A DNA stretch of 64,000 bases, from assembly GCF_018350175.1 (NCBI RefSeq), contig NC_058368.1, positions 172,670,001 through 172,734,000 of the forward strand. The letters run 5' to 3'. The notes under the pieces are model-generated. The model worked only from the letters and a program-made list of their open reading frames with translations, was not told the origin of the DNA and searched no databases. Positions 41,260 to 51,600 of this stretch are shown piece after piece. This DNA is from Felis catus. Taxonomy: Eukaryota. The position numbers and the translations under genes are program-made. How positions within the stretch are numbered: position 1 is the stretch's first letter; each line of letters starts with the position of its first letter.

Positions 41260-42260
41260 GAAGGCCGCTTTCTTTCGGCTCGGCCAGAGGGAGGCGCATG
41301 GGGCTGCTCGAGCTACCAGCTGGTCCCAGGACTAGGCGACCTGCAGACCAGACCCCGCCCAGGCTCTGCCCAGACTCCGCCCCATCAAGGGAACGCGGGC
41401 AGCCACAAGCCTTCCAGCTCAAAGTAAAACGGGACTTCGCGATTGGGCGGAGCGGAAGGATTGGGTGGGGCTTCCCAGTTGTAGAGAGGCCGCTCGCAGG
41501 CGTGGCTTTGACGGGGCGTGACCTGTGGCTCCGCCCCCTTCCGCGAGCTCAAAGCGGACTGCGGCCGTGGGGGCGGGGTCAGAACACGGGTGGCCGATCC
41601 CAACGCGGTTCTGTGGGGCCAGCCACCGAGCAGCGCCTCGGCGGGGCCGAGCAGGTACTGGCGACCGCGCGGGCGTCTCGGGCTGGGCCAAGCTGAGGGC
41701 AGGAGCCTGCTGGGGACCACGGAGGGCGCTGGGGTCGGGGCCAGTGTTGCGCTTCCTCTTGCGGGCCTGGGGCCCTGCCTCCGCCCCCGCCCCCGCCTTC
41801 CTGCGGCGAAGCCGGCTGCGGCAGGGCGGATTGGCGCCTGCGCTGCTTCCTGCGCCCGAGACTCTGCCAATGCTTTGGGCCCGGGTGGGGGACAGGGGAA
41901 ACTGAGTCATGTCGGGATGGTAGTAGGCCTGTGTGGGAGGCACCACCCCCATTGGACTCCAGGATGAGCCCCCTACCTGGCCACGCTTTGGGATCCTAGC
42001 CTTCTCTGATTTCCATAGGGGCCACGGCCCCTCTGTGCCGCCCCCAGCGCCTGGGAGTCCTCATCAGCCTCGACCCATCTGGGAATGGCCAGGACCCGCT
42101 CCAGCAGCCTCCTTCCCCACCCCTCCCCCTCGCGTCCCGAGCCCCCGTGTGCTCCCTCCGCTGGCTCCGCACAGTGTCAGCTTACACGCCTTATATAGTC
42201 CGAGCAGGCTTCTGCGAGGCCTGCCTGTCGGGACCTGGGGGCGGGGGAGAGGAGCGCCGG
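41260..42260 (+). promoter_or_regulatory. PDLIM7 CpG-island promoter
   Basis: CpG-dense. GC boxes (CTCCGCCCCC ~41529, GGGGCGGGG ~41570), inverted CCAAT motifs ~41441 and ~41460, CArG/TATA-like CCTTATATAG at 42189. Confidence 0.8.
41581..41654 (+). other. PDLIM7: PDLIM7 non-coding exon 1
   Basis: AGAACAC..GGCCGATCCCAACG..GAGCAG|GTACTG resembles the recalled human 5' UTR. Splices to the acceptor at 42596/42597, 11 nt before the ATG. Exact TSS not determinable. Confidence 0.7.
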
Positions 42261-42607
42261 CCCCTGACTCACCCTTCGGTCCGAGGGTTAAGGCTGGCTT
42301 GGAGGGAGTCCATGTCAAATTAGCTCTGCGGCCCACTCCTGAATGAAAAGAACCTCAAGACTGAGTGAAGGGACCCCCTCATCATCCAGTCCCTGGGGGA
42401 GGGGGGGACGGGGATTGCCCCTGCCTCTGCAAAGTGAGGTCTGCCAGCCACACCTGACAAGATGTATGCCTGCTGGTGCCCTGGGTGTGTTCAGAGGCTG
42501 CTCGTGCCTTCCTGGCACCAGTCCAAGGTTGGTATCCAGAGCTGGGCCTGCCTGTACACCCACCATGCTGTCCACTCACCTTTTCTTTCCTCCCAGGAGC
42601 AGGCACC

Positions 42608-45600
42608 ATGGATTCCTTCAAGGTGGTGCTGGAGGGGCCTGCACCTTGGGGCTTTCGGCTGCAGGGGGGCAAGGACTTCAATGTGCCCCTCTCCATCTCC
42701 CGGGTGAGCCAAGGTTGTGGGAGGTGCTATTCCCAGGGGTCTTTGGGTGTCAAGTCTGTGGTGGGTGATGGGAAGAATCTGAGCAGGAGTGAGCCAGGTC
42801 CAGTAGGGCAGGAGGTATCTAGGTCCAGAGATGTGGTGGGCACCCACCACAAAGGCTCTCAACCAGGTGGGTACTGGGAGAGGAGCACCCACAGTTCCCC
42901 AGCACTGTCTTGTACTTGATGCCATTCCACAAAGCTACTGGGGCCAAATCTGAGGCCCCTGGGGTATGCCCATTCTGCAGCAGGGGAGCCTGAGGTCTCC
43001 AGGAAGTATCTAACCTGCTTGAGGGAGCAGTGCTTGGAGCCAGGCTTCAGGAAGAGCACTCTTGACTGCAGGATCTCACTTCAACCTCATTGCCACCTGG
43101 GAAATAGCAATTGTCACCCTGTTTTTCCAAATGATGGAACTCAGCGCTCAGAGAGGTGGAGGGACCCTTTCAGTGATTCCTTGGCAAGCAAGGATTTGAA
43201 TTCAGGCACTGGGATGGTCTGCAGTTTGGTGGGGAGGAGGACACTCTCCAGCCTCTGTGAGGTTCTCTATCTTCATCCCCTGGTGCTATTTAGGATGCAG
43301 TGGCCTCTGACCCGAAGCAAGGGTGTGGAATGGGGCTCTAGGGTTCTAACTTCAGCTCCTGAGGGCCTTCCCTGTGAGGGGCGGAGCTGAGGGGCTGGCT
43401 CCTCCCTGTGGCAGGGGTATTGCCTTATAAGCCCAAGAATGCAGCCCCACGCTGGGATGGCCAGCTGGTGGCTGGAGTCTGCAGAGGTGAAAAAGGCTGG
43501 CTGAGGCCTGAACCCCTAAATGCCATCGGTGGACTCCTCAGTGGGTGACCATGAGGCCATGGCTCCAACTGTAGGGTCAGTTGTGGGACACAAAGAGGGT
43601 GCCCAGAGAGAATGAGGCCAGCCTTTGGGCTGGTGTCTGTGGCCTGAGGGTCAGGAGGGGGTAGGGACTTCCTGCCCCCACATCGCCTGTCCAGAGAGGC
43701 CCACCCATGAGCCCAGTGGGCAGGCAACTGTTGGCAGGAAGCCCAAGGCAAGCATAGCCTGGTGGGGGCCAGACGGTTGTCTAGGCACTGCACAGCCTGA
43801 GAAGGGCCCCAAGATCAAGTTTGTCTATGGGAGTTGGCTTGGTGGCCAGGGCAGGCAGGCGGTCACTGTTCTTTCCAGGGACCTTTCCATGGGGTTCCCC
43901 TGGAAACTGCCCTGCCCCTGGGTAGCTTACGGCAGTGGTCCCCCAACTACACAAACCCACCTCTACGCAATCTTCAACTCTTGCCAGCCCTGAGAACGTA
44001 TTCTACATCTCCCTTTCCGGGAAAGTGCTGACCACTGTGGCTGGGGAGCCATAGGCTGGACTCTGAGAACTCAGCTTCTTCATTGGTGGAGATGGGCAAC
44101 ATAGTAGCCTGAGGGATGGACTTTAAGATGTGGCCTGTTGGGGGCACTCTGGGCCTGAGGTTCCTTGTCAGCAGCCCCAGCTGTGGGTGGGGCCACAAGC
44201 TGAGCCCAGCCCTGGAGTTGGACCTGGGCCCTGATGGGTGGTGGGGTAGGGTGGTCTTTTCTGAGGTAGGCCAGCCCCTCCCTCCCCCCTGACCCCAGGG
44301 AGGAGGGAGGGGCTAGGGCTGGCTGTGGGCCCAGGCCTGGGAGATGAGGTAATGTCTGAGACTTGGGGGTTGGGCCGCTCACTGGAGCCCTTAGGCTGAC
44401 TCACCCCCACCCCTTGCAGTGTCCAGCCCTCTGGCTTTTCCCCTCCTTGAATCCTCAGGCCTCCCTGCTTCTCTAGCCACCCCACCCCACCCCACTCCCA
44501 GGGTTTTCTCCTGCTTCTCTCTCCACCTCTCTGATCACTGCTCTATCCCTCTTGTGCTTCCTGTCCTCCTCAATCAGGAAAGGAAATTCCCACCCCTCAA
44601 TTCCCCACCCCTCCCTGAGCGCCAGCTGCTCCTGCCCACCCCCAAGACCTCTATCTACCTCAGGCTCAGCCCACACCTCCCAGGAGTCAGCATGTGTGGG
44701 TAGGGAGTGGCTGGACCAGGTTTCCCTTCTATTGACTCACCATGACCTTGAGTAAGTCACTTCCTTTCAAGGGTGTCCCTTTTCTATGCTCATTATAAGG
44801 GGTTGTTGGATTGAACTGAAAGCAAGAGAGATCTAGGCCCCAGACCCAGCCAGAGAGTAGCAAGTTGTTCTAGGTGGGCTGACCTCTGAGTTGGGTCCCA
44901 ACACCCAGCAGAGGTAGCCTACTAGTGGAGCCTTAAGGTCAGCGTCAGACCTGGCCCTGCCTCTTGACTAACTGAGCAGCTTGAGGCAAGTTACATAACC
45001 TGTCTTTTTTCTCATGTGTAAAATGCATATAATCTGAGACTCCACTCCACAGGTTGTTGGAAGATTCACTGTTAGTATGTGACAGTACTAGGTGCTCAAT
45101 AAATGTAAGCTGTTTTTGTTACCATGTAGCAGATGAAGAAGGAGGCACCCAGCTGTCTTGCCCTTGTAACCTCCCAAGCATGCAATAGAGCCAGCTCTCT
45201 CTTCTTGCCCTAGTCAGTCTTGCTGTCAGTCTCTGCATCTGGTCTCTCTGCCTTCTGGAGATCTCTCTGGAACCTCCTACCTCCCCTCTCCCTTCCTCAA
45301 CTCAGTCTGTGCTTCAGCCCACTAGGGAGCCTCCTGGGGCCACGGATAGCCAGTCGCAGTTCTACACCCCCCCCCCCCGCCCCCCTGACCTATGAAGTGT
45401 GAATTTGCCTTCCAGCACTTCCCCCATAAAAGTCTACTTAATGCCAGGCTTCTTGCCAGAAACCTGGGCAGCCCTGTGGGCTTAAACCCATGAACAGCTG
45501 TCCCACCCCTTTCTGGGTCGCTGCCTCCGGGCTAGAGGGCCAGTAGGGTCCAGTGGGATTTGTCAGGGTTACCTCTATCAGGGGTCTGGGAAATACCCCA

Positions 45601-48600
45601 CTGGAGCTTTCAAACTGCTGATGGCCCCTCCTAACCTCAAGGCCAAGTCCTGGTTCCTTCCCCGCCCCAGCACTCAAGGCCATCATTAAGTAGACTCTCT
45701 CACCCCCTGGGCAACACATCCCGTTGTCCTTTCATCAAGGCCCACCACTTCCCAGAAGTCCTTCCTGGCAGGCTCAGTTCATGCTAGTGGTGACCATTAC
45801 TGCCAGCCACTATTACCTTATTTGCCACAGGAACCAGAGATTCCCAAGGCAGAGCCCAAAGGATTAGGGAAGAGGGTGATGTGGCAATTGAAGGCTTGGG
45901 GGTGACACTCTTTTACAGCCCTAGCTGACACCTTGGGCCCCTTTCAAGCACTTCATGGGGTACCTGGAGATGATGGGGGCCTGTTCCTGGCTCTCAAAGG
46001 GTCCTGGCAGATCCCTGCAGATGACTGCAGGACAGGGTGCTGGGATTGTAAGAGGTCAGTGAGAGCACCTCTCAGCGTCACAGAGGAGCTCACCATATGC
46101 ACAAGCCAGAGGGTGGGCAAAATAGCCCAGGCAGGAGGCCAGCAGGGGGTTCAAGGGCTGTGGTTGAAGTTGAGAAGCTTGGGGTTTAACCTGAAGGTGG
46201 CTGCTTGTTGACATCATAGCAGTTTCTGGGCTGCGGGGAGGAGGGTCATGGAGGTGAACAAACAACTAAATAGTGATTGGGGTGATTGTGAGGTTCAGGT
46301 GAACTCCACCCCTCCCAGATTGTTTTAGTATTCAGCAGCTGCCCAGAAATATGTTGAATGAAAAGGCCTCCAGGTTCTAGAAGTGGGGCAGCTTAAGCAG
46401 AGTTGACTAATGTTGGCTTCAGTTTGGTCTGCAGAGGCTTGGGCCTCCATGACCTTCCATCTGTCTGCAGCTGACTCCTGGAGGCAAAGCTTCACAGGCA
46501 GGCGTGGCTGTGGGTGACTGGGTGCTGAGCATCGATGGTGAGAATGCAGGGGGCCTCACACACATTGAAGCCCAGAACAAGATTCGTGCCTGTGGGGAGC
46601 GCCTCAGCCTGGGTCTCAGCAGGTACAAGGGCCCTGGCCTGTCTGGTGGATGGGGGCACCCTCAGGCCTGGCCTCCTATCACCCCTTCCCCTTCTCCTCC
46701 AGGGCCCAGCCGGCTCAGAGCAAACCGCAGAAGGTAGGCAACGGACGTGGGACATGTGAGCGAGACATCTGGGTGGTTGGAGGGGTAGGATTGGACTATT
46801 GGGCTGACCTGCCCTCCCTGGCAACTAGGAGCCTTGATACTTCCATCCCTGGCCTGGAGTAGAGGATGGGGCCAGAGCTGGGAGAGTCTGGGAGACTGGG
46901 AGTTGGTTCCAGGGGCTGCCGCACGGTCTGGGCACCATGCATGACTGCCTATCTGTCCGCTGCCTTCCGCTGGCCTGTGCTACAAGCCGTACTCGTCTGC
47001 CCTTTGGCCCGCGTGGGCTGAGATCATTCCTCCCAAATGGGCCCCTTGAAACCTGAGCACCCCCCCACCTCCCCTAGGCCTCTGTCCAGATGTGTGGGGG
47101 TGGGGCTGGAGCACCGCTGTCCTCTCCACGACACGCCAGGGGGGCATTCACCTCCGGCTGAGCGTTCCCCCTGCCCAGCGTCCTCCCTGCCCGCCCTGCC
47201 CGGCTCTGTCTCCGCCCAGGCCCTGGCCCCTGCCGCGGACCCCCCGCGGTACACCTTTGCACCCAGCGCCTCCCTCAACAAGACGGCCCGGCCCTTTGGG
47301 GCGCCCCCGCCCGCTGACAGCGCCCTGCAGCAGAATGGGTACGTCGGTCCTGCCCACCAACCTCTCACGCCCACGCCATCTGTCCAAGGCCCCAAGCCCG
47401 CTGCCCGCGCTGCTGCTCAGTCTGCGTTGCGCCTCAGCCCGGCTGGAACCATGAGGCAGATCCGTGCGGCAGTGACCCCTGGCGGCTGGGGCGGGGGCTG
47501 TAGATACAGGGCCCCTCTGAGGGTGTGGCTCCTGCCCAGGGTCTGCCCTCCTGGAGGCTCTGAACTAGGCAGGGTCCCCCCCACTGGTGGCCTGGGATTG
47601 GGGTGTGGTGTCGGGCCAACTGAGCCCCAGACACTCAGTACAGCCTTGCCCCTGGCTACTCTGACCCCTTGCCATTTTTCTTCTTCCTTGTGTCTGTCCC
47701 TTTGTCCCTTTATCTGTCCATCTGTCTATTTCCTTCACAGGTGCAGACCCCTGACAAGTCAGTGAGCCCCCTCTGCCTGTTCCTTTCTTCCTTCCTTTTG
47801 GCATTCTGGGCGGTGGCCCCTCCCTACCCTAGTTGCCCTCCTTTCCTCTCACATAGCTACCCTCCCCACCCCTCACCTAGCAGGGCCCTGGCCTTGCCCT
47901 CCTCCACTCTCCTAAGCACCATAGCCCACATGCACCAATGCTGGGAGGGGCTGCCCCCACTACCCACCCCCAGCATGAAGTTCTGAGCCACGCCCTCCCC
48001 ACAGACAGCCGCTCCGGCCGCTGGTTCCAGATGCCAGCAAGCAGCGGCTGATGGAGGACACAGAGGACTGGCGGCCTCGGCCCGGGACAGGCCAGTCCCG
48101 TTCCTTCCGCATCCTTGCCCACCTCACGGGCACCGAGTTCAGTAAGTGCCAGCCCAGGGCAGGGCGGACTCTCCTGCTGGCCCCTAGCCTGGGCCTGGGC
48201 TCAAATGGAGCCTGCTCTGGCGCCCTGTGACCTTCTGCCAGGGCTCAGGGCTGGGGTGGCCTTCTGTCTTCCCTTGGTCAATGCCTGCCTCTGCCCTCTC
48301 AGTGCAAGACCCGGATGAGGAACACCTGAAGAAATCAAGGTAAAAGGATGGGCAGTAGCCCCTCTTTCTTACCTCTTGTCTCTTCCATTCCAGCCACTGC
48401 CCTATGTCTGCTTCTGAGGGTCCANNNNNNNNNNNNNNNNNNNNNNNNNNNNNNNNNNNNNNNNNNNNNNNNNNNNNNNNNNNNNNNNNNNNNNNNNNNN
48501 NNNNNNNNNNNNNNNNNNNNNNNNNNNNNNNNNNNNNNNNNNNNNNNNNNNNNNNNNNNNNNNNNNNNNNNNNNNNNNNNNNNNNNNTCCTCCCTTTCAC

Positions 48601-51600
48601 CTCCTTCCTTCTACTTCCTCCTTCTTCTCTCTCTGCCCCCCCCAGGGAAAAGTATGTCCTGGAGCTGCAGAGCCCACGCTACACCCGCCTCCGGGACTGG
48701 CACCACCAGCGCTCTGCCCACGTGCTCAACGTGCAGTCGTAGCTTGGCCCTCACCGGCCGGCTGCCCTCTCTGCCTCTCTCTTCTGTTCCTCCCACCGAG
48801 GGCACCCCCCTTGGTTGCTGCAGCTTCTGCCTACCCACTCCTTTCCTGCCCCTGGACTGAGCCTCCTGCTGGCCTGGCAGAGAGCCTGGCTCTGTCTGAC
48901 ACTGCCTTCCCTCTTTGCCCTATGGTACTGCTATCTGCCAGGTCTGTGCTGGCTTAGGCATGGAAATAAACATTCTCAGCCCTGCTTTCTCCGCCTTTGT
49001 CTTCTATCTTTGTGGGCTTGTTTTGGGTGTGGGGGTGTTAGGTGTTCAAACCCAGTGTGGGCCATGCCAGTCTGGGTCTCAGTGAGGGGTAGTACCTGCC
49101 ATCAGAGCTAGATCTCTGGAATGAGGAAGCCTCAAGAGCTGCCTCAGAAGGGAGAGCCCTTCTCCACCTCCCAGTCCCACACAACATACCTGATGGCTAG
49201 AACCTGACTAGGAGAAGCTGCCCTACACATACCTATCCCAGTGGGACCTGGAGTCCAGCCCAGCAACTCTCATGTACCCAGTCATCTCCCATGGGGCCAG
49301 GAAGACCAAGGTTGGGGGGTGGGGCCATGCCAGGAGCTCCAGCCATACAGGGCCTTGAATGGCAGATCTTGCAGCCAGGTGCCCAGGACAGAAGCCCCAG
49401 CCCCAGCCTCAGCTACACCCCAGGAACCCTGGCCTGGTGAGAGAGAGTGGGCTTGGGCCTTGGGAAGGGTGGGTAGCCTCCAGGGGCATGCAGGGTGAGG
49501 GGGGGGGGTGCTCCAAGTTGCCCCTGGCTCGACCCTCTGACACTTGGGGTCCCTGGGCAACCCCCTGGAGCCACTTTCCTTGGCCCTGGCAGGCCCTACC
49601 ACCCCCAGCCCCACTAGCCGCCCACCCTGGGCTGTGGACCCTGCATTTGCTGAGCGCTACGCCCCGGACAAGACCAGCACGGTGTTGACCCGGCACAGCC
49701 AGCCAGCCACACCCACACCTCTGCAGAACCGCACCTCCATCGTGCAGGCAGCCACTGGAGGAGGCACAGGAGCAGGTGGTGGCAGCAATGGCAAGACTCC
49801 CGTGTGCCACCAGTGCCACAAGGTCATCCGGTGGGTGGCCCGGTTCCTTTCCTATCCTGGCCTTTCCTGTCCTAAAGCCTGGCCCTGGCATCTTTCCGAC
49901 CTCTGCTCCCCCGTCTGCCTCCCCACTCATCTCAGCTGTCACTGTGGGAGGATAAGGATTCAGTTCCCAGTTGCATTGGGGGCAGGGACCTGGCCTAGGT
50001 CCTCAGATTCTGCATCCTGCATTACTTCCCCCACCCCACCCTGCATCAGCCTCTATCAGTGTTTGCCCTGCTGAAATGGAGGAAGTACCAACAATACATT
50101 CAAGCAGCACCCCTAGAAAGGCTGCTGTCTGGGCAGGGAAGGGCCTGCCCCTCCCAGCTCCTCTGCCTCTCCTTCCTGCTCACTTGGTCTCTGCCAAATC
50201 TCTGCTCTCAGAGTAGACAGGCCAGAGGCCTCTCTCTCCTTGCACTGTTCCCTGGGGCCCAGCAAGGTCACACAGCCCCCCAGAGTCAGTATGCTGGCTT
50301 CTAGAATCTTGGTAGTTCTCAGCCCTGGTCTCGCACTGCTCTCGACTCCTGTCAGCTCTCAGGCTCTGCAGAGAATCCCCTTCTTCAGACACCCTCATTT
50401 ATTTGGGACCTGCAGGCCCTTATCCAGGCCAGATGGACTAGGCAAGTGGGACAGGGTGGGCACCAGGGTCGGCTCAGGTACCTACTGGTTTTCGGAGCTG
50501 ATGGGCACTCTGGGCCTCCCGTCCCCAGGGCACCAACTCCTCTGGTTTGTCTCATTAGGCCCAAGTCAGCCGCCCCCACCCAATGTAATCCTCCTTATTC
50601 CAATGCTGCCTCTGTCCCCATCTCTTGTCATCAAAGCAGCACAGTTTCATCACTGTGTCATCACTTGGGTCACCTCCCAAGCCTGTTTCTCCTTTATTTG
50701 GAAAATTGGGAGAAAGGGTTTCCCTTCCAGGCTTCAGAACAGGTGTTCACTAAACCCACTTGGGCTCTGGCCAGGACCTCCCACCTCTTCTGCATACACT
50801 CCCACTTACTGCCCTCGCCTCCCTCTTAGGGGCCGCTACCTGGTGGCACTGGGCCATGCATACCACCCTGAGGAATTTGTGTGCAGCCAGTGTGGGAAGG
50901 TCCTGGAAGAGGGCGGCTTCTTTGAGGAGAAGGGTGCCATCTTCTGCCCCCCCTGCTATGATGTGCGCTATGCACCCAGCTGTGCCAAGTGCAAGAAGAA
51001 GATCACAGGCGTGAGTAGGGCTGGCAGGTGGGTGGGAGGGTGAATCTGACCCTGTCAGCATTGAGGAGTACTATTGAGCAACTCTTAGGCCTAGAGGCTC
51101 TCCTGTCATGAGCCCTTTGGATCCTTAGCAGCTTCATAAACAGTCTGCTACATTGGCCTCATTTTGTGTTAACCAGGATCCTCTTAACAAATGACCAAAA
51201 TCCTGCTCAGAGGGGCTCAAGCAAGAAAGAGTGTACAGGTTTCCCCGGTTCTCTGAAAGTAGAGTGTTCCTATGAAAACTTTCCCAAGCCAAAATGGCAT
51301 AAAGTGAAGAAGCAAGTACTGTTCATTTATATGGAAAAAAAACTTGAGCATTCCCAGACCCAAAAAATAACCTCTTGTAGGCTTTTCTGGTACCTTAGGA
51401 CACATCTTGCTAACAGATGCACGAAGTAAATTGAGATAAAGCACAGATGCTCATAGACACAGTTCAGAACTGTGGCTGCTTGATGCTGAGATGCTGAGTG
51501 TGGTTTCCAGGGAAGGAGCTGGGCGGGGCCGCTTGCTGCTCAGGGTACAGGGTGTGTGCTGCCTCAGTAATGGCTCACTACAAAACAAAACGCTGAACGC

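Noticed and set aside
41088-42346. Cluster of overlapping Pro/Arg/Gly-rich ORFs on both strands
   Set aside because: Typical stop-poor CpG island of the PDLIM7 promoter.
47339-47765. Open frame continuing through PDLIM7 intron 5 as a novel coding extension
   Set aside because: GC-rich intron with few stops. It ends in a premature stop upstream of many junctions (NMD target), and there is no sign of coding constraint.
50240-51043. 267-aa ORF
   Set aside because: Only the last ~60 aa are the genuine PDLIM7 LIM exon (50830-51010). The rest is intronic read-through.
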